Assembly (NCBI GenBank): GCA_964247055.1
Contig: OZ176051.1
Location: 5,332,001-5,396,000 of the forward strand
DNA from: Paragordius varius
Lineage: Eukaryota > Animalia > Nematomorpha
DNA: 64,000 bases
Reading direction: 5' to 3'
Part shown: positions 48,201 to 63,200 of the stretch, one piece after another
Position numbering within the stretch: the first letter of the stretch is position 1
Layout: each line of letters starts with the position of its first letter
Program-made: the position numbers and the translations under genes
Notes under the pieces: generated by a model
Databases searched by the model: none
The model's input: the letters and a program-made list of their open reading frames with translations, nothing else
Told to the model about the DNA's origin: nothing

Positions 48201-51200
48201 GGTATCTAAAAAAATATATATACTTACAATTTATTCGATAAACCTATATATATAATATGAAATGCAATCGTTGAAAATTTATTTAATTAGCAGATGTGCC
48301 TTCTTGTTAATCATAAAAAAAATATTATAAAAAATATTTAAACAATTGATCATATTATAGCAACCATAGACATTTTTTTATAAACGTAAGTTTTTGGAAA
48401 TACATTTATGCAAAAAAAGGTATTTATCATTACTTTGAATGTGGATAGTCTACGGATACTTTTATGACTAAATTTGCGCAAATGGTTTGCCAAAGAGGTT
48501 CCATCAGATGTTCTACCAACTAACACGCTTGATTTCTAGTAAAATAATATTTTTATAGTATATATATAATATTGAATTCTGGCAAATTTTTATAAAAAAA
48601 ACAAAAAAAACTATGGATGGATAGTATCATAAAATTCAATTAAAATTATGATTTAAAAATTTACACATATTAAACAAATCCAATGATAACGGAGAAAAAC
48701 ATCTCTAAAATTGGATAATGATCAGATATCAAAGGATATGGTGTAATACATTATAAAATTCTATAAAAATGAAATGATAGAACCGATACTGATTTAAATA
48801 TAAAGTTTATATCCGATTAATGTGATAAAGATGAGTTTGTGTGATTCGAATATACTTTAATTTATGATAATGGGAATAAAATAGATAATATATATACATA
48901 TATATCCCATTATATTCATTACTTTTCTCATTAAGTGTGCATGTACTATATCATCAGAGGGTGCTTTTTCAACTTCCTCTAGGAATTTACGGCATTGATC
49001 ATCACTATCTGAGTGTTCTCCACCATTTTTATGGGTGATGGGTAGATTAAATTTTGCGCGTTTAGAATTATTATTATTTCCAAATAACAGCTGTGAAATT
49101 ATTCCGCTACCGTTATTCTTATGCTCTGTGAGTGAGGATGGTTGATGAAGGGAATATTTTTTATATTTTTGTTTAACAAATGGGTCATTTGAGTCAGTCG
49201 CATTCGATTTTTTCCGTGTAAGACTCAATTTATGCATCCAATTAGGTTCTAAAATGTTTTTGAGTAATTAATAATTATTCAACAATAATTTTTACAAAAT
49301 TCAAAAAAAAGGATTATACCAGCTATTCTAGGTTCGTCGCTTGAAAACTTTTCACGCAGTGGATAATTCTAGATGATATTATAAATATTGTCAACAAGAA
49401 CGAATATTTTATATAATAATAAATTAAATATGTATTCGTAAAATTTATTTAAAATGCAACTATATCCAAAAATACAGGTAGTTAATGGATGAAATGTAAT
49501 AAAAGCCATAATATTGAACTAAAACTTAAATTACAATTTATAAGTAAATTTACCTCGTCTTTTACCAAAGATTTCAATGATGGTGCTGATATTTTTATAG
49601 TGGGTATTGTTAATTGTTGGCGATGCGCTGGTGATTGATCTAACGCAGTTTCGATTATTCTATATATATATATATATATATGCATAAAAAGTGGTTAATT
49701 GAAATGATAAATTATATTGAAATGAAAAAATATATAGTTTTAACCGAATTTTTAAATTTTCAAGGCTACAAAAGTTTAGTTATGCAAGGTTATGAGCCAT
49801 ATTTAGCAAAAATCCAATATTCCATAAAAAAATCTAATATTATGTATACTTGTTATTATTAGCATCTGTATTAATTAACAATTCATTGTTGGCATGATTT
49901 AAATCTTCTTTCGCGTCTTTTACATCTAAACAATCATAAAAATAATCCAAATCTTTTTTATTATAAGGTGATAACGGTGATAGTTTTGTAAGCGTCGTTT
50001 CACTAGGTTGTTCTTTTGGTTCTGGTTCATCATTGTTGTTTGAAACCGTGGATCGAAGTGATTTAAACGATAGTTGTTTCAAAAAACTGGTGGATTTTTT
50101 TAAAGGTTCTTGCATAATCGCCGTAACATGTGGTAAAGCTACCTCCTTATCACTAGTATTTAAGCTATTTTGTGAAGTGGCGTTCGAAGAAGAAATGTTA
50201 TGTTTCTTGGATTTTTTATCATCCCGGGCGTGCATAGATTCGGTCGAAAATACGACGGATGGTATGATTGATTTATTTCTCCGCTAAAAAATATATATAG
50301 AGGTATAAAATTAAAATATATAATGATAAATTCTACCATAAATAAGCTAGAACCAATAACAGATTTTATCAGAACAAATAGACTTCGGTAATATAGACAC
50401 ATAAACAGATGCAGTATAGACTCACCTATTGTTGATTTACAGATCCCTGCCCCCAACCGAAAAGGGAGGCCTAAAACAACTTGGACTTAAATCATAGAAC
50501 AAAATTTTAAATTCCTGAACATACCTCGAAAAGCAACAAAGGATAGAGATGTATATCGTAAATTAATCCATGGAATCTCAATAACTGGGCCAAACCAATA
50601 ATACATAAAATGGATAGAGAAAATATTTTTTTAAAGTATAAAATTAAGTAATATAATGCAATCTAAATAAAAAATACTAAACATTGTATGTTAAATGATA
50701 AAATAAGTAAATCACACCTACCCTGATATCTTTGTCGAAATGCATTTCATAATCGACATCATCGTTGTTTGTAAATACGTCTTATATAAAAAATAAAATA
50801 ATATAAAATTAATAATAACATATATAAATATTTGCCCTATTTAGACCAGATATAAAATTAAAACAGAATATATATGACAATAAAAATTTAGTGAAACATA
50901 TAAATTATTAAGCAAAAACCATCATATTGATTGAAAAAACAAGCGATTGCAAGTAGGAATTTTTTTATTTTTGTTTTTAGCCAATTTATGTAGCTCCCAA
51001 CAGTTTTAAGTTAAAATTCCAATCAAATTTGAAAAATAAACCTTCATCACTATAATGCCAACTTAAATGATCATCGGCATTGTTTAAGCGTGATTTTCGA
51101 TTATTTCCTCCCAATTTGTTGGTACGAAAACTTCGTTTACCCCCCAAACCAATATTGCGATTTCCCGTATTTGGTATATTAGTAAGGCTACCCGATTCGC

Positions 51201-54200
51201 TACGATGGCTATTATCAACTGTTAAATCGGTATCAGAATGTTCCATTTCCTCCAACTCATTAATGTGTTCCTCCAAAGTTTGAGGCATCAATTGGAGTTG
51301 AGCCAACGTTTTAAATTCCAATGTAAGTATAGTGCATGGCAAAATAAGACCCATGAGAACCTAAAGAGGGAAAAATTGGAATAAAAAATATAGTTTACTT
51401 GGCATAATCTCATAAATCTACACTTTTTCAATCAGCCAACAAAGTCATATGGCCACCTCCCCGTGGTGTTGGCTGGGGCATGAAAATACGCTAACAGCAA
51501 AGGCGAGTTTTTAATGATCTGTAAAATCATTAGTTGTACACACGAAGACATGTGTGCAAAAAATCGCCTTAGACTATCACGAAATATAAATATTATGAAT
51601 TTGAATTATAAAGGGCCCTACCCTTTATGATGATGACAATCATGATCATTTCATACAATTCAGAAATATTTTTAAATTTATTTTACATTATCATTTAATT
51701 TATTAAAAATTTTAATAAAAAAGTATGGAGCATGACTACAAAAAGGTGGGAGTTGAATCAAATAATAATTTAATATATATAAAATATAAATGTATAAACT
51801 TAGGGAAAATAGTTTAATAAAAATTCAACTTTGAGAACAAAATTTTTTTATTGTTAAGGCAATCAAAATTCATAATCAAATATCCCGTTTATCAACATTA
51901 AATTCGCAATTTAAATATAATTAAAAACACTTGCAAAAAATTGTATGCAAATTTAAGTTAGTCAGGATTTAGAGTTTATTTGTTTCAAAACTAAATGCGA
52001 TTTCAGTCAAGAGATGCAATTCGATAGATCTAACTAATCGTTTAGTACCTGATAAACACAAATAACCATATAATAACACTAGACAACAAATTTTAACTTT
52101 TTTTAACTGCCATTCTTGTAAATTTTAAATTTATTTTATTAAAGTACATAATTAGTATATCTGAAAAGAAATTGGTCTGGCATGCAAGAATTTTTTTATA
52201 TTAGAGTTTATCGATAATTTTTGGCCCCGATTTAACATTATACTCGAAATTTCGAAAATTAAAAGTTTTAGATAGGAAGCCAAGTATTTTATATCATTCG
52301 AAAGAGCGCAAAAAACTGCATCTTTTACATGGTAGTAAGTCATTTAAATCAATCGGATATAAAAGTTATTTGGATTTAAATGGTCGAAATTTTCAATCCT
52401 TAAATAAGTCAAGAATTTTCACAGACAAACTAATTTGAAAATCATATAAATTATTTTAATATAATTATTAAGGTTATATTAGTATTTAATTTAAAAAAAA
52501 TGTTTAAAAAAGCTTTTGGTTTGCTTTTTTAATACAAATTATTATCATGAATATTTTACCTAGTGGATACTAAAATGCATAGTTATAACTGTAGATTTAT
52601 TACATAATGGCTATAAAAGATCAAAAATACCTTAAACTTTGTTTTTATCTTTAAAATTTCGAAATTATCAGCCTCGTAAAGAAAATAAATTAATATTGAT
52701 GAGATGGTAATCTTTAAAAAACAAAAAAACTTAAAAATGGCTGTTTTGAGTGATTTAAAAGCAATAAAAAAATGTTTTAATCAATAAAACTTCTTGTGTT
52801 ATATTTTTTAGACATTCATCACCATCTAGACAAAGTTTGAGCTATTTTAATCCATTAGTTTTAAAAAAATAATAATTAAAAAAAATGCTCTCGCTTCGCG
52901 CGTTTGTCGCTCTCTGTGTCCAATATTAACTGTCGATGTAATACTTATTAGTATGCATTTTATAGAGTTTTTATTACTCCTTCGAATGATATATTACAAA
53001 TGAGCATTACTTGTATATTTTCAAAGAAAAACATTTTGTAGTAAAATTTTGATAAAGAGGGTGCATAATCGAAAAAAATCAAATTATACAAAATTCTTTC
53101 AACGAGTTATAATTTTAATTTCAGATTTACTGTTAAAATGAGACTAAATATCAGAAAATGCAAAAAACTCGAGTGGCAGAAAAATTTGTTGTCCAGTGTA
53201 ATAGAGCATCAAAAATGTATCACATTTGTATAAAATTTTTATTCTTAAAAAATGAATAAATTTTAGTGCTTGTTAGATTTTAACATACTTTATAAATGTA
53301 TCAACAAAGGCAATATGCAATTTCAATTAGGAGATGATAATGCAATTATTGATTAAATGAAACTAATGTTAACTAACTACCTTGAAAACTTAAAAATTCG
53401 TATAAAATTAGACTTTAATTTTTTTAAAACTCAAAATATACTTACTTTTAGAGCAGAACTTTTGCGGACACGTAAACCACCCATCCAAAGGTCTCCCAAC
53501 AAAAACTGACAACAACCATGTGATATGAATTCCATGTGAGATGCGGCCACAGCCAGACTCAAGCATGTTTGATCACTGAAGCATTTAAGTTGGTAGGTTA
53601 ATAACTGTTCGGTATAATCTTGTTTGGTTTGATAACACTTTTCAAGTAAATCGAGCGCTAACTTAGCAAATTCCCTAAATCAACGAATAAAACATATTAT
53701 ATATAAAATCAATTATACAAAGACAAATATTTTTTACACATTTAAGAGAAGATGCGGAAAATAGAAACAATTAATATATATATATATATATAATATAATG
53801 GTTTTTAAGGAATGATGTATTAATTACCAAATATAGTGGACCTGTCTGTTTTAAATAAACAGAGCGCCTATAAATTTAAAGTGCTGATCATGCACACTTT
53901 TTTAAGTAAAGCCATAGGTTTTACATTATAAATGTTTAATAATATATATATATGAAAAATGATAAAAAAAATTGAAGAAAAAAAATCAAAACATTTTGGT
54001 TTTTATTTTTGGCTCAAAAAATTTATGTTTGCCTCATAGGAAACAAAACAACCACAAAACAAAAAAAATAAATTTGACACAAAAAATTAGTAAAATATAG
54101 AGAGAATTACAAAAAGCCCCCCAAAAATTTCGTATATACCAAATTTTTTTGCAAAAAATTAATAAATTAATTAATTAATGTATGTATGGATAGTAGTACT

Positions 54201-57200
54201 TTGCTCTATCATAACATCGTTCACTTATATCGGTTTCGAGATCATCTTCAGCCGCCTCCTTCCCAATACTCTTGTACAATTTAGTAGCCATGAGTGCCTT
54301 AGCCAAGGGTTCATCACCATTTTGCCAAAAATATAGAGCAGTCGTATGCCTGCAATGTATGAAAATTCTCATTTTAAAAATCAGGTCTCAAAAGGGCAAA
54401 TCTTAGTTATTATGGTAAATGATAATGTCGGACCAAATGCTTAAGAATGCAATCAATTACAATAGTAGTTAAATTCACATAATACCCATGAAGAATTAAA
54501 ATATAAGCTATTGTAAAAGACTGTTTAAGATTGTGGTCAAAAAGCATACCCACTAAATTATATGCCACGAATGCAAGTATATGATGTTAAAAAGAAAACA
54601 AAAATTACCATTTGGGTCTATCATAGAATTAATATACTTTTTTGAGCGTATGCTTGAGTTTTTCCACTGATAAAAAAATAATAGATCCGGTCTGATAGCT
54701 TGAGAATGCAGATTATTATGAGTCAAAAGTTAAATATACCACAAATGAAAACTATAACTAAAAAAACCAAATTTATCAATCGCATTATTAAAATAAACTA
54801 ATATATACTGTGGATTTTCGACAGTCAAATAATTCGTGTTACACCTTATGAATGCAGTCATTTACAATATTCATAATCAGTCAAATAATGTCACAAATGC
54901 CAATATATATATATGTCGTATAAACAAAATTATCAAACAAATTTTCAAATGTATTATAAAGTGTTGACAAATTGATAATAGCCAAAAAATTAGATATTTC
55001 TTGTAATATTGCCCGTTTATATAAAATTTAAGTTTAATGCTTATATTTCAATACAACAAAAGGTCAAGATATTTTTAAGACTCATTTAATTTCTTTCTTA
55101 AGTGAAATCCTAATTGGTCGGACCCAATCCCATGTAATATATATAGTGACACTCATTTTTGAAGATGAAAACATAAAGGTAAAAATTAATTTTTTTAATA
55201 TTGGTGCATAATTTATTCCATTTAAAACGTTTTAAAATGCACCAAAAAAACTGAAAATCGAATCTTTAGAAACCTTTGAGTTAATACGGCCCAAACCATG
55301 AGATCATGGAATGGTTGATTAAAGCATGTCTCATCATAAAAATTATTTGTGGAAGTTGTTGAAGAAGCTTGTTGAGGAAAAATATGGTATTTACTAGATT
55401 TTTTGGCCATAGTAATTAAGGATGGTTTAATACCACTAGTTTTTTGCTCCAAAGTATTCTAAAAAGTTATAAAAATACAAATTTAATATTTTATAAAAAA
55501 ACACATATATTTAAATCCTTAATTTTATTTAACTACAGGATTATTTAAATTAAGTTTTCTATAACACAAGAAAATTTTAACTTTAATTTCTTATTAAGTA
55601 TTACCGTATTATCGCTCTTTTTCGTTACATGATTAAGGGTAAATGTTTTGAGACCAGGAAATTTATGTTGCCTTTTTTTGGTTGATTGTATTGAAGGCAG
55701 GTCATTATCAGTCATGTTTTCTCTATTCAATGATGGAGTTTTAGTAACATTATTTAATGTATTTTCAGATTCTCCTAATTTTTCGTTTGAAGGTGAATGT
55801 AAAAAAGTTTGAACATTATTGCTAAATAAATAATGATGATTGCGTGGTTTGGCAGTTTTACTAGTAATATAAAAATTTAAAATATAATTAACATACATAT
55901 TTATAGAAAAACAGTCATAAGATGACGTTACTTCACAATGATCTTTTTTAAATAAACAGCGTCTATATAATAAATAATTTATGCTAATCACCGACAAGCT
56001 ATCTGATTTTCGAATTAGGCCCTAGCTTTTAAAATATCGTTTAAGTTGATTATACCTTAACACAAACTTACGATTAAGTATATTATTGACTCTTAATGAG
56101 CAAAAAATGATATATAAAAATGTAAAATTACCCTTTTTTTCCCAAATAATTGTGTAATATTTTATTAATAAATAATTATATTTTTCAAATAAAATAAATA
56201 TTTTTTAATATTTTTCGAAAAAGTCATAATGCGTATAATGAGCCATATTTTTTCCCCGTTGAGCTCATTATAGGAAGCAGGGGGGGGTCCATTGTAAAAG
56301 TATTTTTTTCTAAAAAAGTATTCTAATAATACTTACGTGGCATTTATATTTGCATGATCCAAACTGGCGGAATGATGTTTTTCATCACCTACATGTAGGC
56401 TAGTTAAAGATGTTTTCTACATAAATATATAAAAAGAATAGTTTTCAGAAAAATTAAAAACTTTAAATAAAAATAAGGTTGGTTTGAAAAATTTATAAAA
56501 TTAACCTGTTTGTAGAGATAATAATTCAATTTAAAATTTCTTCGTCCATAAGAGCAACGATAAACGCCACCCATTAATTTATCGATTACGTTTCCTATAT
56601 CAATCATAGTGTACCAATAATTTGGTGGTTTATTCTAATAAAAACAAAATTTTTTAATAAAAAAAACCACACACAAAGTAAAAATTAATTATAGAGAAAA
56701 AACTTTATTTTTTATATTTTATAATATTCGGGTTTTTATATATAATCTGCATAATTAACATTGGCAAATATTAAATTAAGTACACTATTTTCCACCTTCA
56801 TTCTTTATATAGTGACTCAAAACTAGGTTAAAAAATCGGTTTTAATATAAGTTTTTTTATGTAAAAATATTGTTTAATTATTTGATTGTAAAAGTTTTTT
56901 TTATTATAATTTTGTAATTACATAAGAGTAAAAAATAATCAAAACAAAGATTTACCTTTTTTACATCCTGAATCAAGTAATGTAGTGTGTTTGGTGGTCC
57001 AAATTTCTAAACATTATAAATTATTAAAAATTTAATTTATATCTGAAACCTCTAAAATGAATATGAAATAATATGTATATTGCGCATAATAATTATTACT
57101 ATAGCGATAAAGTTATATAAAAAAATTAATATTTTAATCGTAAATAAACATACCGAATTGTATAGCCTTTCAAGTCGATTGATAGTTAAAAACTTTTTAA

Positions 57201-60200
57201 TGTTAACACCGTTGGCGAGGAGTAATTTAATGAAATCAACTTGATCATGAATTAAGGCATCCATCAAGGCATTTTCCAAAGCTCCTTCCTACCCATTCAC
57301 AAATTATTATGTAAGCAAAAAAAGTTTTTACAAATCTATGTGGTAATTTTGTGATATTTTACCATTAGCATAAGAGTTTTATTTATAGTATGGTTATTAT
57401 CAAAAAATTAGATTCATTGTGTATAAATGAAAAAAAAAACACTAAAACATTCACTAACTATCATGAATCTATTAATTAAATATCCAAAAACATCTTAAAT
57501 AAAAACTAAGCACTTATCACTATAATTTTAAAAAGAGAGGTCAAATTTTTATATTAATGGTATTTTATATAAAAATACTTACAGGCCAATGTTGTCCATA
57601 TACAAAAATATCGGTTTTTGCAATGTCTGCCCTATTCCAAGCCAAAGCTAAATGTAATTGATCAAACGGTTTTTTGCTATAATCTGCAAAATGGTAGGAT
57701 AAAAAAGTAATATTTTTATATTTAAAAAATTTCAATTAAAAATAGGTGGATATATATACTTTTAAGCAAACTACACAATATATCTTGATCAAATGTCCTT
57801 CCAGTCATATGAGATTTCCCATATATTGTGATCTAAATTTATCATAAATAATAATAATATGAATTATTCCGTTTAAAAATGTGTCATATATAAAAATAGA
57901 TAATTGGTGTAGTATGATTGATTATTCTACAAAAAGTATAATAAAATTTATATTTCGACCAATTAAGGCTTTTATTGAAGATAATATGGGATCATATTTC
58001 AAATTTATAACAAATAAATATCCAAATTACATGTTAAATAACAAAAAATATTAGATGGTTATTAAAGCATTGTTAAATAAGGTATTTTTATAATAATTTC
58101 TATCAGGTATTACTAATATAATTTAAAAAATTAATGATTATATACCAAGGGTTTGTGTTGCATAAGGTTAAATAAATCTGAAATGGCAATATTAATGGTT
58201 ATAGTGTCCAATGGTCTCCAAAGCGTTTTAATAAAATTTGTCAAGGTGATAATACTACTTTCATTGAAGGACCTATCAAAAAATAAAAAATTAAATATAT
58301 AAACATATAAATTTACTATTTTGTCGAGGGGTGTAGTGTCCAACATTAGGACCTCCAAAAAATTTATTGGCCACAAAAAAAGTTAAAAAAACTAATAAAT
58401 CCAATATTTTATGATATAAGAAAATATGTTTCTTAAAATTATTATCATCCACTTTAAAATATTATTTTTTTATACTATTTATTCAGAGTTATCTATTATA
58501 TTTCTTTGTTAACAGCCAGTAATTGTTGGGTGAGGGCTATTTTAAGGCCTTTTAACGTTATACATATTAAAACGGCATATCACTTTTATTTTTCACGGCG
58601 GTCTTAAGCTAAAAATGCGGCCCGCCACGCCATTTGGGTTGGAAACCTCCGATTACAAAAACAATATAAAAAAAAAATTGGAAAAAAATTAAAATGAATA
58701 TTTTATCTTAAAGTTTGATGGTGGGTTACACCTTCTCCATATAAAAATCGAACGAACCGACGACAGAAATGGAAATCTCTAACACGCGCGCTTACCTCCT
58801 TGAAAGGAGAAAATAGTTTATAAAGGTAGGTAATATATTTTATCTCAAAAACAAAACAAAAAAAGTAATCTATTACGCATCTTCTTTATCAATATTTTGT
58901 TTCCAAGCCAAAGCAATAAGATCACATATACCACCAGAACCGTCCAAAACTATAATAGGTATATGGGTGCTTTCATCATGCGATTTTATGCTTTTCTCAT
59001 TCTTTTTTCCAATCTGAAAAATAAAAATATATTTAGATTGAAAAGCCAGTAATTTATGATCCCTAAAAAAGGTTAGACGTTGCTTATGGAATATGCATTT
59101 ATATGTTGTTAACATATATCTGGTGTCAGTGTAAATGAGTAAAAAGTTAATATTTTTTTTACAATTTTTTAGTATTCAAAAATATATATAAACACAATTA
59201 AAAACTATGCAAAAAACAATAAAATTAAAATAAAAGGTCTACCTTTTTGTTTAAATAAAAAACTAATAAAAGCTTTAAAAAACAAAAAAACGAATCATTA
59301 ATCATTCGTTTGCAAAAATTTAATTATTCTTAACAACATACATTATGAGATGGTTGTTTTCCATGTGGCTGCTGAGAATTGGTTAATCGATTGATTAAAG
59401 TTTTTTTCGAGTTTCGAAAATTAGCCACGTAATCTAGGGCAAGTTTTAAGCAATCCAAATCGCCATTCAAAAAAATGGCTAAAATGGGTACATAGGAATT
59501 GTGTTGTGATGTAACAGATGATGATTTATGGAAATATGTTGGTGTAATGATAGGATTATCATTAATTGGTGGTAAAGAAGATTCTATACATACATATACA
59601 GGCAAGATAATATAATTATATACAGTCATTTTAAAAGAGGTAATAATCTATTTATTTGTGGAAAATGTTATATGGAATAATTAAAATTTATATAAAATGG
59701 ATGTCATATAATTGAGTAAAATAAATGTAGGTATAAACTGTTAAAAGCGATAGAAAGAAGCGAATGTAAAATCAATTAAAAAATATAAAAAAATTAATGT
59801 ATAAAATATGACTGAGGCGAAATTTAATGTTAACAAAAGTCAAACAATTATACTAATATTTTTATTGTCATTACAATATATATATATATATATATAATAC
59901 ATAATAAAAACATTTTATTATATAACCTATATTAAGATTTTCCAATTCTTTCGTGTCTTGTTTCTTTGCAATATTCACATTTTCTGTTGTATTGTTTAGT
60001 TCATCGGTTTTCTTTTCTTCAACTCCTTTAGTATCAATCAAAGTTTGGGGTTCAGTTTCCTTTTTTTGGTCAGAAACGTCTGGTTTATGCGCTATTAAAT
60101 CTGTCTTTTTGATTCGATACTTATTATTTATATGTAATTTAGACGTGTGTTTTTGTGGAGATTTTTTTGTGAAATCTCGATTTTTATTGCTGACAGTTGG

Positions 60201-63200
60201 CGTGATGATTGAATTTGACTTTTTGGCCCGGTTTAATAATTTGAGGAAGCGTTTATTATGCATGGAATCCTTATCTCGTTGACTAATAAGGGTGTCGTTA
60301 GTGGTATCGTTTCTTTAGGTTATTGTAAATAAATAAATTATGCAGATTTTATAATATTTTAACAATTTTTATATTACTTGATGTAAAATATTATACAAAT
60401 TGAAGTAAAAAAATTAAATAAAAAAATCAATTAATATAATCATTTATAAAATTATATAAAAACATAACCATATGATATGATTTAAAAACCTATGATATGA
60501 TTTTAACAATAACTCGTGTACAACATATAATAGTTCCCTATATACGAGTTATTGATATTCTTAAAATTAAAATTTTAACCATTAAACAAAATATAGTTAA
60601 AATTTAATGTTTTAACTACAGTAAACTTAAACTGAAATTATACGGACAAAACGTAAAAGTATAAAGACAAATATATTTTTCTTAAAAACAACCATATTTT
60701 TACATATAAATTTTTCTCCAATAAATGATATATTTACAATTATAAATAATTGATAGTGTTACCAATATACATGTTTTTTTTTACTTTTTTGTTTAAAACA
60801 ATGAGTTAGTTATATTTAAAAAAATCAAGATTTAAAAAGTATTATGGTTGTTTTTTAGAAAAAAATATTTGTCTTTATATTTTTACATTTTGTCCGTAAA
60901 ATTTCTAGTTTTACTGTAAAATATATTACTGCATAGTGGCATCCATTTCAAAATGTTCTTCAATGTTGGATTGGTGGGAAGGCATTAACGTTAATGATGT
61001 TGTATGAAACAATTTTTTCTTATCACCTCTTCTTTTAACAATTGGAAATATTTTGCCTTTCTTTTTTATTTTCATCATCATATCTTTTTGTGATTTTAAT
61101 TTTAATTCTGATTCTTTGGCTAAGGATTGAGTTGATTTGTCTTTAGAAAGGTGGTCTGCTAAATTAACCGGTTTCTTATCAATAAGTGGGTATGAATTCT
61201 TTTTTTCGGGTATTTGATTATTAGTTTTGTTTAACATTTTTTTGTCATTATCTTTTACTTGGGCACTCAAAGTCATAGTTTTCGCAGGATCTAAAACTAA
61301 ATTGGGTTGGTAAATCCAGGGAATAGGACGTCTCCGATTACGTAAAGTGCTATAGTAAAAAAAATATTGTGAAAATGAGGAATAAAACCTTTTAATTTAT
61401 AATATTTGTGTTTAAAAGACAAATATACATTATATGATCAAACCCTTTAAATTGACAATATATTTCCTCAAAAGATCAAATGGAAAAAAATACAAGATAT
61501 ATATGGATGAAACCCAATAACTACATCATTTAACAAGAAATGTTAAAAGTAGATACGGTAAAAATTACAATTCTATACTAATCATAAAAATAGTTTTTCG
61601 CCTACAAAATAAGGTAAAAATTTGTTCCAAATCCTTAAATTATAAAAACTGAGTTTATATAAACATCCAATAGTATTTATATTATTATCCAACAAAGTAG
61701 TAAAAAAAATAAAAAAATCAAAAATCATATAAATTATAAAACTATGTGTAATACTTGATTGGCAAGGTTAAATAATTTGCCGAATATCTATTGTTTCGTA
61801 TATGATGACCAGGCGCCAAAAATCTTTGATGTGGCTGTTGACCACCATACAAGGGTCGGAGATAGTGTCCGTGATGTCTAAAATTTGGTGTGACATACAC
61901 CAAATTCCGGTTATGATTCTGATAATGCAAAGGTCCTGCTAATATTTTGCCAGTTGTTTCTGAGGAATGTAGCATAGTGTGTGATCGATGCTTTTTTCTA
62001 TCTGAGTTACTACTTGTGGGATTATTGGGTATAGATTTACGTATCTTTTCGTGGTTTGTTCTTTTGTTGCTCTCAATCACATCAATGGAAGCTGATTTTT
62101 GTTTGTATGATTTATGTCCAGGGTATTGTTTTGTTTTGCCGTCACAAGACTCGCTCTTTTCTGGAGTTTGTTGTTCTCCTTTTGCTTTAGTGTTTTTAGA
62201 TGTGTCAGCTGTTGATTGAGCAATCCCACTATTATTGAAAATGTTATAATAATATGATGGTTTATGTACATGTTCTAACGGCAGATGGTGATGATAAATA
62301 TTTGATACACGATGTTCTAAAGGCAATTTTTCACTTCCAAAACGATTATCAGTAGTTGTTGGGTTAGAAGAAAAGTGCATAGTTGCATTTCCCATCAAAG
62401 GGTGAGGCAGGTATGGGATAGCTGGATTTATGTCAAACAAGGCATCCCTGTTTTGTTGAACGGTCGGACAACAAATGGGATAGTTTAGGGTAAGTAAATC
62501 TAAAACCAAGGAGAAACGAGTTATATATTGAATAACCATTATAGACAGCCATATTATCGGCATTATAGGGTGGAAACATAGAAAAAATGTAGGGCATATT
62601 AATTTTTGTTATTTTTGCTTAAAATCGTCCCATACTCCTCTATGGAAGCGAGACATGGCCGATGACAGATTCAATCGCGAAAAACCTAATGAATAGAAAA
62701 GCGGATGCTAAATTTATTCCAACCCAATAACTCAAATATGCATCTACTGTACCAAATCGAACTATTAAATATTATTAACAGAAAAAATAGGCTTAGATAT
62801 ATCGGACACATCAAGAGTGCTCCAGAACAATGGACAAACAAAATTTTATCCTACATCCAGAAGATAACAATTGTAGAGGTAGACCAAAATTGAACTGGGA
62901 AAAAACAATAAATAATAATTTAAGCGTTGTTGCCAACATTAATGATAACACCTGGCAAGATCAATATTACAGACAGCTTCTATACGAATACAATGGCTAG
63001 CCATTACACAAAGACGATATATCATCACATAAAAACGAGGCAAATTTTTTAGCAATAGTTTTGATTATTTCAAAACTATATGATGAATTATATACATGCC
63101 AATTGTAAGAAATTTATAGACTTTATATCCGAAAATCGATGATAAACAGAGAAAGAACTGTGTATCAAAATATTTAAATCATGGTTAAGAATCAAAACTT

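Noticed and set aside
51380-53300. GC-richer patches and small hairpins in the long TRPM intron (also 56220-56300)
   Set aside because: Probably decayed transposon pieces, but no TIR, TSD or second copy could be established in this window.
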